In this document: positions 29,960 to 39,117 of the stretch, one piece after another
How the letters are laid out: each line of letters starts with the position of its first letter
Numbering within the stretch: the first letter of the stretch is position 1
IMG/VR virus record: IMGVR_UViG_3300043411_002794
Location: 32,001-96,000 of that record
Source: a virus
DNA: 64,000 bases
Direction: 5' to 3' (one strand)
Program-made: the position numbers and the translations under genes
Notes under the pieces: generated by a model
What the model was told of the DNA's origin: nothing
The model's database searches: none
The model's input: the letters and a program-made list of their open reading frames with translations, nothing else

Positions 29960-31987
29960 TTACGCAGCCTGCATTTCGTGTTTCGGAATGTTGGCCTCGA
30001 CCAGAACCTGCGACATCACAGGACAAACCGAATTGCCGATCTTGGCAACCTGATTCGCGGTCGAGCCCGTCAGTTTGTACCCAGCCGCCAACTCCGGCGT
30101 GAACTGGGCGTTCAGCAGCTCTCGCGGCCGGAGCATCCGCATGCCGACGTCGCTGATCAGATACATCTGACCGTCAACCGTCAGAAGCGGCAGCTTGGCC
30201 TTCTTGCCCAGATGCTTCTTGAGAAAGCGATGCACGCGGCGGAAGCCGTCAAACGTCGCCTTGTCGACCTGTTGCTGCAGCTCCTTGTAGACCTGCTTAT
30301 GGTCAGTGAGATCGATCGCGGTCAGATCGGCGTTGACGAGCCCGTTGTGATCGACGGCCGTAACCGTCGAGAGAGGGTCCTCCGGATGCGATCCGACGAC
30401 GCCGCCATAGAACTTGGTAATATGGGCAGCGGAGACGCCCATCGCATGTGCGGCCCCTGCGGGCCTCGCAGCACCTTCGCCGGACGTGATGACGGGCAGC
30501 GGTGTCTCCGCGTCGGTGCCGACGCTGTCGCCCCGCATCTTGGTCACGTGGGCGGCGATCAGCCCAGTGTGCGGGATCTGCGTCTGGGCCGGGGCTGGTG
30601 CGTCCGCCGGCTGACCGATGCTCTGCCCGTTGAACTGAGTGAGGCCTGCCGCGATCTCAGTAATCACCGGCGTAACGACGGCCTGCCGGTTGTCCGTCTT
30701 GACGACGTTCAGCGGTTTATCGACCGGACGCGGCTTAGCGGCGTAGCCGCTGCCGCCAGTACCGACGATAAGCGGTACCGCCGTCGGCTGTACCACGGCT
30801 GTGCCGCGGTGCTGCGTCAACGTATGCAGCGGCCGCGTGACCGGCCCGCCGCGCATATGGTCGGAGCCGTGCTGCGGCTTCACCAAGTAGGCGGGTGTCA
30901 CGGCAAACCGATCCCGCGTCGGGATCGTGTGCAACGGTTCGTCGGCGGCCTGCAACTGCCCGCCCTCGCCGTAGAACTTGTTGATGACCGGAGCAACGAT
31001 CGCCTTGTCGTTGTTGCTGTGTACGACCGAAAGGGGCTGGTCGCACGGCTGCCCGCGAAAGGATCCGCCTTCACCGGACTTCTCACTAAAATGCCCGATC
31101 CGCACGATGAACGGCTTATTTGCCTCGATCACGTAACGGAGCAGCCCGTTGGCCATCCGCCACATGGTCTTGGGTGCCAGCGGTCGCTTGCACTCAATCC
31201 CGGTACGCTTGCGGAGCAACGCTGCTTGCCGCTTCGTGAGAAAGATGCTGGGGCACGGGATGTCCCAGTAGATGCACTCGGCAGCCGTCCGCCAGGGGTG
31301 CATGCCGTGCGGCGCGAGTCCGCTCTTGTCGGGTTTGCCGTGCGTCTGTTTCGGCCAGACGATCGGCTTCCCGTCCCGCCGAGCAATCACGAACAACCGC
31401 TTCCGCGCCGTCGGTACGCCGTAATCGGCCGCGTTGAGCACGCGGGACTCGACCACGTAGCCGAGATCTTCCAAGGCCCGCACCCACCGACGATAAATCT
31501 CGCCTTTACGGGAGTGGATCGGAATCATCTGCGGCTTGCCGTCTTTCTTGACGAGGCGACCGTTCTTCTTCAACAACGTCAACGGGCCCCAGTCTTGGAA
31601 CTCCATGACGTTTTCGAGCATGATCACGTCGGGCAGCACATCCTTCGCCCACTTGACCACGACCCAGGCGAGCATGCGAATCCGCTTCTCGACCGGCTTG
31701 GAGCCCTTGGCCCGCGAATGGTGCTTACAGTCAGGGCTAGCCCAGAACAGTTTCACCTTGCGGCCGAAGGTCGCATCACGGGGATCGACGTGCCAGACGT
31801 CCTCCGTGTAATGCCAAGTCTCCGGATGGTTCATGGCATGCATCTCGATCGCCGCGTAGTCGTGGTTGATCGCGATATGCGGGCTCATGCCCAGGGCCAG
31901 AGTAATCCCCAACGAAGCCCCGCCGCCGCCGGCAAAACTGTCGACGACGATCGGAGCGTTGTGGTTCAGCGTCAGTGTCGGGTTCAT
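29960..31987 (-). CDS. C5-cytosine DNA methyltransferase (Dcm-like, long variable region)
   Basis: FAGGGG (motif I), SPDC (IV), ENV (VI), RKRLF (VIII), IGNSVCP (X); probable start MNPTL. Confidence 0.93.
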   Translation of the reverse strand: MNPTLTLNHNAPIVVDSFAGGGGASLGITLALGMSPHIAINHDYAAIEMHAMNHPETWHYTEDVWHVDPRDATFGRKVKLFWASPDCKHHSRAKGSKPVEKRIRMLAWVVVKWAKDVLPDVIMLENVMEFQDWGPLTLLKKNGRLVKKDGKPQMIPIHSRKGEIYRRWVRALEDLGYVVESRVLNAADYGVPTARKRLFVIARRDGKPIVWPKQTHGKPDKSGLAPHGMHPWRTAAECIYWDIPCPSIFLTKRQAALLRKRTGIECKRPLAPKTMWRMANGLLRYVIEANKPFIVRIGHFSEKSGEGGSFRGQPCDQPLSVVHSNNDKAIVAPVINKFYGEGGQLQAADEPLHTIPTRDRFAVTPAYLVKPQHGSDHMRGGPVTRPLHTLTQHRGTAVVQPTAVPLIVGTGGSGYAAKPRPVDKPLNVVKTDNRQAVVTPVITEIAAGLTQFNGQSIGQPADAPAPAQTQIPHTGLIAAHVTKMRGDSVGTDAETPLPVITSGEGAARPAGAAHAMGVSAAHITKFYGGVVGSHPEDPLSTVTAVDHNGLVNADLTAIDLTDHKQVYKELQQQVDKATFDGFRRVHRFLKKHLGKKAKLPLLTVDGQMYLISDVGMRMLRPRELLNAQFTPELAAGYKLTGSTANQVAKIGNSVCPVMSQVLVEANIPKHEMQAA

Positions 31988-32138
31988 GCACCAAATTCCA
32001 GTAATGTGTGAACAGGTACTCGCTTGAACCGTACGCGACACCGCGAACAGATCGGGCGAACAGCGCTCCGCACTAACTCTAAAAAGCGACGCGGCCGCAG
32101 ACGCACGTCACGGCCGCAACATTTGCACGCCAGTGTAC

Positions 32139-32636
32139 TCATACTTGTTCGCCCAGTTCTTGCAGCCGTGCAACAATTCGCACCCGTCGCCGATCTAGCC
32201 GGTTCAGCTCACAGCGCAATCGCTGGCATTCTTGCCGTCGCGTCTCACGACGACCGCCCGGCGTTAGTCGAAGATACGCTTTCACGGAAACGCTGGGCTC
32301 GCCCGGGTTAAGATACTCCGGCCGATCGTGCAGCAGCTCCAGCGCCCGTAAGTTGTAGTGGTACTGCCGCCAGATCGGTTCCGGCAGCGCTTCATATACG
32401 GCGATCAGCTTCTGCAGCGTGATAAATCCGCCGATATCCTGAAAAAGTTGTTCTTGTAAGTGGCGAACGGCCGCCGCTTCTTGTCCGTCAAACTGTGCCT
32501 GGATCCAGCGATGATCTCGCAGCGCAGTAATTGCGTCACGGATCCGGCGGCGATAAAGACGGCCGGTCATTCCGGCCATAGTTTCCATCCGTCGAAGCGC
32601 TGCTCGCGTACGCGGCAGCATCCCAGAAGGCGGCAT
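32139..32636 (-). CDS. Hypothetical protein
   Basis: 165-aa ORF co-directional with neighbours. Confidence 0.4.
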   Translation of the reverse strand: MPPSGMLPRTRAALRRMETMAGMTGRLYRRRIRDAITALRDHRWIQAQFDGQEAAAVRHLQEQLFQDIGGFITLQKLIAVYEALPEPIWRQYHYNLRALELLHDRPEYLNPGEPSVSVKAYLRLTPGGRRETRRQECQRLRCELNRLDRRRVRIVARLQELGEQV

Positions 32637-32781
32637 GAAACTCCGTAGAGTTATGATTTATTGATAGTCTTGCGCGAGCAGCGCAAACACGCCGGGGCGG
32701 TTTTCCGCCAGCCACGCTTTCGCGGGGCCTTCTTCGACGTTGCACTCGAAACCCTTACAGTCCTTCTTGGACGGGGCGTCA

Positions 32782-33726
32782 TCATACGACGTGCGAACGG
32801 CTGTTACCGTGTGCCCACGGTGGTGCTGGTAACAGCGGCTTATCGGCGCCGTCTTCGATGAGTCGTTTGGTAAAGATTCCTTTAAGTCGAGCATACGCCG
32901 GAGCCCGGTCACGATCGCCGAGTTTGCGACCCACCAACCAGTCGACGTAAGTGCTGCTGGCGGACAAGCTCATCAAGCACTTAGTGAATTGACTGTCCGT
33001 GATCTTCTGCGTCTTCGCCGAGTACTTGGTAAGCACGATACGGCGGTACAGCCACGCGCAAAGCGTCAGGTTAAGCGACGCCCACAAACGAAAATACTCC
33101 TGGTCGTTGCCCCAGGCCTTGAAACAACACTGCAAGAATCGCACGATCTGCTCGCCGTCTTCCTGCGTCATCTGTTTCGCAAGCGCAGCGCCACTGATAT
33201 TACGTGCACCCGGCACCAACGGCGCCGACGTCGACCAGCTGCGCACCAGCGCAGACATCGACAACAACGAGGAGGTACCCTCGCGGCGAATCTGCCCGTA
33301 GCCGACAAACGGGCAATGTTTCCGAATCGTCTGTAGTACCGGAGAACACGGCTCAAGCCCGCGCATGATGTCGTCGGGCTTCATGGAAACTAAGTGCGAG
33401 TTCAGTGCCACGAACTCTTCGGCCAACTCGGCCATCGAGCTACAGTAGCACGTACGCGCATCGACGTAGCCTTCCGACAATTCACTCAGCAGGAAGGCGT
33501 GGCGGCGTTGTCGCCCGTCAATCAGGTAGCGAGTACCGTCGACGACGCCGAACGTAATGATTCCCGGCAAAACGCCGCCGTCGGTCTGCAGCCGTTCAAC
33601 CAAAGCGAGAACAGCTGCGTTGACGGTATCTTCTCGCTGAAAATCCGGCAGCCGCCAGTCTTGCGCTTGTTTACGCGTAAAGTGCAGTGTATCGACAGAT
33701 GTCTTCGTAACACGGTTCTTACTCAT
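32782..33726 (-). CDS. ParB/Srx-like (DUF262/DndB-type) N-terminal domain protein
   Basis: LPDFQR and YLIDGRQRRHA motifs. Confidence 0.6.
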   Translation of the reverse strand: MSKNRVTKTSVDTLHFTRKQAQDWRLPDFQREDTVNAAVLALVERLQTDGGVLPGIITFGVVDGTRYLIDGRQRRHAFLLSELSEGYVDARTCYCSSMAELAEEFVALNSHLVSMKPDDIMRGLEPCSPVLQTIRKHCPFVGYGQIRREGTSSLLSMSALVRSWSTSAPLVPGARNISGAALAKQMTQEDGEQIVRFLQCCFKAWGNDQEYFRLWASLNLTLCAWLYRRIVLTKYSAKTQKITDSQFTKCLMSLSASSTYVDWLVGRKLGDRDRAPAYARLKGIFTKRLIEDGADKPLLPAPPWAHGNSRSHVV

Positions 33727-35198
33727 TAGCGGTCAAAACTCCGTACCCGCTGCCGAATGTCGAGCAGCGTGTTGTTATAGGTAATCACGCCGTCTTCAAA
33801 GACGGTGTTCAAGTAGCTGGCGTCGAAGGCATCCCGCATCGTCACCTTGTCGCAGGTGATGAAGTTGCCGCCGGCGTCGCGGTAGAGTCGCATGAAGCCC
33901 TTGAGCGATTTCTTATTGGGATCCGTGATCGGATCCTTTTCAATCTCGCGGACTTCGTCGTTGACGCGGACAACGGTCGCCTTGATGGCGTAACCGCTCG
34001 TGTCCCGGGTATGGTTGCGGAGGATCCCGCCGACGCCGATCACGAGGTTCTCGGGCGAGTAGCCCATCTCGCGAAGGTTGGCCAGCACGCGTTCGTAGCG
34101 GGCCAAGAACATGCCGTCGCCGTAGATCAGGCGTACGTGCGGATCGAGGACCTTGTAACCCTGCTTGTTGACCGTATGGCCGAAGGTCTTGTCGAGCAGT
34201 TGGATGCAGCCCAGTCGCTCCGGGCTATCGATTTCTGCGGCCGGGTCGCCACAGATGATCAGCTCTGGATCGCCCGAGTCCGGCCGGAAGACGACCTGCC
34301 CGTCACGGGCCATGATCTGATCTTTGAGCCGCGGCGCGAAGTCCGTCAGCACGTTGTAGATGCTGTACGTGTCGCTGACGATCGAGACGTGGCCGGACGG
34401 GTATTCTTCGAGCATGTGCACGAAAGCGTCGAACTCGGCCGTACGGCCGTAGCTGCACATGACCGAGTGCTCGCTGGCCGGGACCGACATCATGACCGGC
34501 TCCACCGCGTCCACGGCGTCGTAAAACGCGTCGGCGTACGGGGCGGCCGGAACCGTGTCCGAGCCGAAGAAATTGGTCAAGTGCGCAACGCCGGAGATCC
34601 CGGCACTCTCTTCCGTATCGGCGCCGCGGTAGCCGAAGTCGTGGACCGAGAAGCCCATCCACGGCCGCACTTCTTCGTCGACGCATTCCCGCCAGTTCTT
34701 GAGGACGACTTGGCGGTAGGTGTTGCTGCAGGTGGCCACGGTGTTCGTGTACCAGATCTTGAGCAGCAACGACTCGAAGAAGCCGACGACCCAGTAGAAC
34801 TCCGGCAGCGTGTTGGAGATCGTCATCAACACGTTACGGGCCGGAAGGATCGTCCCTTCCGGCACAGCCATGATCTTGAGCGGGATCCGGCCGTGGTTAA
34901 TGAGCCTCGCAATCTTGTCTTTAATCTTGTCCGGGCACGGCTGCCGCAGGATCTGCTCGTAGTACTTGAAGAACTCGACGGCCATCCACGGCTCGAGCTT
35001 CATCGTCAGGTACCGGCGGAGGTAGTACTGCAGCCCGAAGAAAACCGTCCGCGGAAAGGTCTTGGTGCTCCGAGCCATCAAGTGCGAGTACACGAAATCG
35101 CAGCCCGGGGCGTACTGAGACATATGCCCCAGTTTGTAGACGTCCGTGAGTAGCAGCGGGTTCGTGCGAAGCGTGACGTGCTGAGGGATACCGTTCAA
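33726..35198 (-). CDS. Nicotinamide phosphoribosyltransferase-like protein (Nampt/Namat)
   Basis: TDVYKLGH, HDFGYRG, SVPASEHS, SIVSDTY, RPDSGDP, IYGDG. Confidence 0.93.
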   Translation of the reverse strand: MNGIPQHVTLRTNPLLLTDVYKLGHMSQYAPGCDFVYSHLMARSTKTFPRTVFFGLQYYLRRYLTMKLEPWMAVEFFKYYEQILRQPCPDKIKDKIARLINHGRIPLKIMAVPEGTILPARNVLMTISNTLPEFYWVVGFFESLLLKIWYTNTVATCSNTYRQVVLKNWRECVDEEVRPWMGFSVHDFGYRGADTEESAGISGVAHLTNFFGSDTVPAAPYADAFYDAVDAVEPVMMSVPASEHSVMCSYGRTAEFDAFVHMLEEYPSGHVSIVSDTYSIYNVLTDFAPRLKDQIMARDGQVVFRPDSGDPELIICGDPAAEIDSPERLGCIQLLDKTFGHTVNKQGYKVLDPHVRLIYGDGMFLARYERVLANLREMGYSPENLVIGVGGILRNHTRDTSGYAIKATVVRVNDEVREIEKDPITDPNKKSLKGFMRLYRDAGGNFITCDKVTMRDAFDASYLNTVFEDGVITYNNTLLDIRQRVRSFDR

Positions 35199-35207
35199 GC
35201 GAAGCTC

Positions 35208-36080
35208 CTAGAAAACGTCGAAAGGAAGACGATACACATGCGGCGGCGAAGTGTGTTCCTCCCGCCAGAAAGAGTTTGTTGTAGCAATCGTGGCGTAGTG
35301 GGCTTTCAGCGAATCGAGCCCCTTGGAAAAGATCCCGTGCGAAACAAATAAATGCTTCGCTACGGCACCGCCAGCGGTAAGTGCGCGCGCCAGCAGCTCG
35401 AACGTCGCGCCGCCGTCACAAATATCATCGACCACCAGACAACGACAGCCGCGAACATTGCCGCTAAGTTCGTAACTGGTGATGTATCCGGTGTTGAGAT
35501 CGCGCACCTTGTTGCCGATGACGACGCGATGCGACAGATTCAGTTTCGCCATCTTTTTAGCGGCACCGGCATCCGGCGCCACGATCACGAGCTCGGTTTC
35601 ACCGGATCCGAGTAACGTCGCCTGTTGCTTCACGTGCGATTCGTTCGTGATGATCAGCGACTTGATTTCAAGTGCGTCCGTCATCGCTGCGACCACGTCC
35701 GAGTGCGGGTCGAAGAAGGCGACTTTTTCAAACTCAGCCAGCTTCAATTGTTTCAAAAACACTTTAAGGCTGAACGATTCGCCGGGCACCATCACGCGAT
35801 CTTGTCGTGCATACGGCACGTACGGAATGAACCCGTACACGCGCCAATCGCGACGACGGCACGCATCGGCCAGCAGTAACATCCGCTGAATATCACCGCT
35901 GCTGCGAAGCCGTGCGACAATAGTTACAGGCGTGTCTCTCGGCCAGCCTTCAAATCTACGCAACTTGACGTGCTCTTCGCCGCCGTGGAACGTAAACGCC
36001 TCGAATCGCGGGGAGGCGTCACGACGGGTTTCGTTGTCGCCGAGGGCGGGCGTCGGACAATCCAGATCCAAAAAGATCAT
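35208..36080 (-). CDS. Ribose-phosphate pyrophosphokinase-like protein (Prs/Adps)
   Basis: F..GE.HVK, PYVPYARQDR, DPHS, APDAGA, VVDDICDGGATF; start could extend to 36116. Confidence 0.9.
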   Translation of the reverse strand: MIFLDLDCPTPALGDNETRRDASPRFEAFTFHGGEEHVKLRRFEGWPRDTPVTIVARLRSSGDIQRMLLLADACRRRDWRVYGFIPYVPYARQDRVMVPGESFSLKVFLKQLKLAEFEKVAFFDPHSDVVAAMTDALEIKSLIITNESHVKQQATLLGSGETELVIVAPDAGAAKKMAKLNLSHRVVIGNKVRDLNTGYITSYELSGNVRGCRCLVVDDICDGGATFELLARALTAGGAVAKHLFVSHGIFSKGLDSLKAHYATIATTNSFWREEHTSPPHVYRLPFDVF

Positions 36081-36715
36081 CGATAATGCCTTGCAGGAGA
36101 TACGATATAAGGACAAATTTCACGCGGCTCGATCCAGCTTTCGTCTAACACGGCGTTCGGATTTCCCGCCGCCTGTATTTGTTTCAATTCAGCCTGTGCC
36201 GCTTTTCTACGTGCAGCGATCTGCTCGTAGCGATGATTAAGGTCGCGCGCCATTTCGTCGGCACGATTCGCCAGCGACTCATGAAAGTCCGCGGCCGAGT
36301 CAATACCATGCAGCAGCCGTTCGCGGACAACTTGCGGTACGCCTAGCGACAAAATGTTTTCACGAAGCAGTGTAGTCTGATCCTTAAACCAGACGCGGCC
36401 GCCGACGGACAACGGATCATCGAAGATTCGCTCGGGAACAATGTGTCCCGGCAAAACCATCCCGTCCCAGCCGCAATTACGAATGTAGTGCAGCGTCTCG
36501 GTGCGCGTTTCTTGCAGGATGAACTGGAACACGGCAATACGGGCCTCGTAAGCCGTTGGCGCCGAAGTGTGATACGCGGACATATCGCCGGAACCGGCGT
36601 CGTACAAAGCGCAGACAACGGTAAACGGCTTGAGCGGAGTATTGCCGTAACGAGGAAACAGCGGATCGGGGTCGCCGTCCGTTTGAAGATCAATCGAGCG
36701 TCTTGCCGTGCTCAT
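36077..36715 (-). CDS. Hypothetical protein
   Basis: Probable start MSTARRS, coupled to upstream stop. Confidence 0.5.
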   Translation of the reverse strand: MSTARRSIDLQTDGDPDPLFPRYGNTPLKPFTVVCALYDAGSGDMSAYHTSAPTAYEARIAVFQFILQETRTETLHYIRNCGWDGMVLPGHIVPERIFDDPLSVGGRVWFKDQTTLLRENILSLGVPQVVRERLLHGIDSAADFHESLANRADEMARDLNHRYEQIAARRKAAQAELKQIQAAGNPNAVLDESWIEPREICPYIVSPARHYR

Positions 36716-37005
36716 GGTTCCAGGTTCACTAGCCAAATCGTGCCGTAGTCTTGTCCGACCTGCGATCGCCATTGATCGCGGATCAGTGCTTCGATGTGCT
36801 CCGGAAGCGAGTTACTGAGTTCGCCGTGATCGTAGACCAGGAAGACGTCAGAGAACTCGTGGGGTTCGCCGCCGCGATGCCAGGTCGCCGCAAAGCAGCG
36901 CGCCCGGTGGTGCCAGGACTGGTTGAGCCAGGCCTTAAACTCAGCGTCCGCAAAGATATGCGGGCATTCCCATCGCAGCGTCGGAATCGTCTCCACGGGC
37001 GTCAC
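36712..37005 (-). CDS. Hypothetical protein (3' part of the 263-aa ORF)
   Basis: GTGA overlap with the stop of 37002-37310 suggests an internal GTG start. Confidence 0.4.
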   Translation of the reverse strand: MTPVETIPTLRWECPHIFADAEFKAWLNQSWHHRARCFAATWHRGGEPHEFSDVFLVYDHGELSNSLPEHIEALIRDQWRSQVGQDYGTIWLVNLEP

Positions 37006-37310
37006 AGTCGTGCCCCGGAGACGTAAATGGTGTTCTCGGGTCCGGCGATTCCCGGTGTCCCGTGCGGGCCGCCCAGGTTCAACACCCAGATCTGCTGATT
37101 CTGATTCCAGATTGTCGCCCGGCCCGTCAGCAACTGGCCGTGCGGCGTCTCGATCCCCACCTGGGAGCCGATCTTGATCTGGTTGAACAGAACTTCCCGT
37201 TGAAACAGACCCGGCAGCCGGGTCCTGCTGTAGCCGTTCTTCTGCAGCCACATGTCGAGGCGGGAGCCTTTCGTTGCGGTATTCACGCCAGTTCCAGTGA
37301 TAAATTTCAT
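37002..37310 (-). CDS. Conserved-looking phage hypothetical protein
   Basis: ETPHGQLLTGRA...WVLNLGGPHGTPGIA looks like a folded beta-domain; lies inside a longer ORF in another frame. Confidence 0.5.
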   Translation of the reverse strand: MKFITGTGVNTATKGSRLDMWLQKNGYSRTRLPGLFQREVLFNQIKIGSQVGIETPHGQLLTGRATIWNQNQQIWVLNLGGPHGTPGIAGPENTIYVSGARL

Positions 37311-37481
37311 TTGTGTTGAGCGCGAGATCGATCATCGCACCGCTCGCCGGCGAGTAATTGAGCAGCTCAATCACACCGTTTCCGCTTTGCGACATGTGTC
37401 GCAGCATTTCCTGCAGGCGAGCAGTCGCCTCTTGCGTCGCATCCGCTTCTAGCCGAATGCTCAGCTGCAGCGGGTGCGTCG

Positions 37482-37838
37482 TTATGAGCTCGTAGGTGGG
37501 CATGCGTCGCCTGCCTCCGCCGGCGCCTCGGGCGGCAGCATGTAGCTGAGCTCCAGCCGCAGACTCATTTTGTCGGGCGAGTTGCCGGGGACGACCTCCG
37601 GCCGCGAGCAGGGAACGAACGCCCGATCCGGAACATGTTCCGGCACGGCGATCCCCATGCCCCGCAGGTCGGCGGCTTTGATGAGATAGGGTCGCTCGGC
37701 GCAGGCTTCCTTGACGGCTTCCCGGAGAATTTCCGAGATATCCATCTGCAGCTTGAGCGCGACCACTTTGGTGAATCGGTAACCGACGTACTTCCGCATC
37801 AAAGCGGAAATACGATCCACGAACGGACGGACTTCCAT
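37482..37838 (-). CDS. Hypothetical protein
   Basis: 118-aa ORF, TAATG coupled. Confidence 0.5.
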   Translation of the reverse strand: MEVRPFVDRISALMRKYVGYRFTKVVALKLQMDISEILREAVKEACAERPYLIKAADLRGMGIAVPEHVPDRAFVPCSRPEVVPGNSPDKMSLRLELSYMLPPEAPAEAGDACPPTSS

Positions 37839-38017
37839 TAGAGATACTTGTCGATCATTTTTTGAGCGGCCGTTCGCTGCTTCTCCGACAGCGGTCCGGT
37901 TTGTTTATGGAGCAGGCTCTCCAAAAAGTCAGCCTCCCAGGCCGACACGTCGATGCCTTCGTCATCGTCAATTTCGCGAAGCTTCTCGCGGATTTCTGCG
38001 TCCTCGTCCCGCGTCAT
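37838..38017 (-). CDS. Small hypothetical protein
   Basis: AAGGAGG RBS; SAWEADFLESL...LSEKQR motif seen in phage proteins. Confidence 0.55.
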   Translation of the reverse strand: MTRDEDAEIREKLREIDDDEGIDVSAWEADFLESLLHKQTGPLSEKQRTAAQKMIDKYL

Positions 38018-38049
38018 GTCGCCCTCCTTGGCGCCAGGCCGATGCGTCA

Positions 38050-38466
38050 TCATCCCTCCGTCAGAAAGTACTCCCATTCAGCTTCCGAGTCGACTACGTC
38101 GTCCCAGCCGGCCGGATAGGTGCGGCGATTGCGGGCCGTCAAAGCCCGATGTTTCGCCGCGGTCATGGCTCGTAAGTTCTTATAACGATTGTTTCTTCGG
38201 TCGCCGTCCCGGTGGTGGATATCGTAGCCATCCGGGACCAGTTTGCGACGCACGGACATCCAGACGATGCGGTGAACCGCCACCGCCCGCCGCGCGCCGT
38301 CGAGGTAAATACGCACAAACAGGTACCGATCGGTTGAATCGGGCCGCTGGATCATCAACCTGCCGTCTTTGAAGATCTCGAGTTTCTTCAAATCAACGGT
38401 GATCCGCCCGGCCCGAATGGCCTGCAGTACACGTGCGTACGTGAGCGACTTATATTTTCTCGGCAT
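38050..38466 (-). CDS. HNH endonuclease (HNH_3-like)
   Basis: AVHRIVW...DIHHRDGDRRNNRYKNL. Confidence 0.85.
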   Translation of the reverse strand: MPRKYKSLTYARVLQAIRAGRITVDLKKLEIFKDGRLMIQRPDSTDRYLFVRIYLDGARRAVAVHRIVWMSVRRKLVPDGYDIHHRDGDRRNNRYKNLRAMTAAKHRALTARNRRTYPAGWDDVVDSEAEWEYFLTEG

Positions 38467-38516
38467 TGCCGGCTCCGAGGTCGGAGCCACTATACCCGCA
38501 AGCCGGTCGGCGTCGA

Positions 38517-38529
38517 GGTTTCTAATTAC
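38517..38529 (-). promoter_or_regulatory. Junction motif, copy 3 (13-bp core GTAATTAGAAACC)
   Basis: Overlaps the stop of 38526-38891; upstream of an 8-bp hairpin (38471-38488) and the HNH ATG. Confidence 0.55.
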
Positions 38530-38891
38530 TCGCCGTCGAGGGTCATGCCGCGGAAACGCCCTATAGGCATTTGCGCGCGTGGTGTCGGCGGGCCGGGCGG
38601 TTGCGTCGGTTCGTCGTCCAGATCGACGGCACCCCACTCGTGGCCGTTGCAACAGAGCAGGGTCACCAACCCCTCGTCATCGAGGACGGTGTGCTGGGCG
38701 TCCCAAAAGATCTTGGTCTCGCCGCCGTGATCGAGGACGGCACCAGCATTGATGGCAGCCTGGATCTCTTCGGCGGAGGACTCGTCGTCCAGGTCGTCGG
38801 GGTAAACGAAATTGGCGCGACCGTAGAGAACCTCGGCCGTCCCGCGAGCTGGTTCCCCGCATTCGGGGCAAGCAATCGGTGAAAACCGCAT
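38526..38891 (-). CDS. Hypothetical Zn-binding protein
   Basis: CPECG at N-terminus, CCNGHEW near C-terminus. Confidence 0.55.
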   Translation of the reverse strand: MRFSPIACPECGEPARGTAEVLYGRANFVYPDDLDDESSAEEIQAAINAGAVLDHGGETKIFWDAQHTVLDDEGLVTLLCCNGHEWGAVDLDDEPTQPPGPPTPRAQMPIGRFRGMTLDGE

Positions 38892-38906
38892 AAAACGGAC
38901 GTTTCC

Positions 38907-39044
38907 AACTTTAGCCTATAATACTTCGTATTCATACGGTTCGCTGGTAAGCCAAAGTCGGGCCAAAACTTTAGCCTATAATACTTCGTATTCATAGGGT
39001 TCACTGGTTCCACCAACTTTAGCCTATAATAACTACGTTATTCA
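38907..39044. repeat. Three AT-rich direct repeats (about 30-bp core AACTTTAGCCTATAATACTTCGTATTCAT)
   Basis: Copies start at 38907, 38967 and 39015; copies 1 and 2 share about 42 bp, copy 3 is a variant with ATAACTACGTTATT. Confidence 0.92.
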
Positions 39045-39094
39045 TTCTCATGAGTTTGATTGGGGCCTAAGGGCACCCCAATCAAACATGAGAA
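39045..39094. other. Long imperfect inverted repeat (hairpin or terminator-like)
   Basis: GTTTGATTGGGG/CCCCAATCAAAC 12 bp perfect plus TTCTCAT/ATGAGAA 7 bp with a 2-nt bulge. Confidence 0.85.
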
Positions 39095-39117
39095 AGGCGA
39101 TAGGAAGAGTAAATACC

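Noticed and set aside
38919-38935. Resemblance of ATACTTCGTAT to the loxP arm ATAACTTCGTATA
   Set aside because: Partial match only, no inverted 13-8-13 structure, and no tyrosine recombinase seen in the window.
38907-39044. Mini CRISPR array
   Set aside because: Only three copies; the spacers (19 and 31 nt) are unequal and share about 13 nt next to the repeat, which fits tandem duplication better; no cas1/2/6 in the window.
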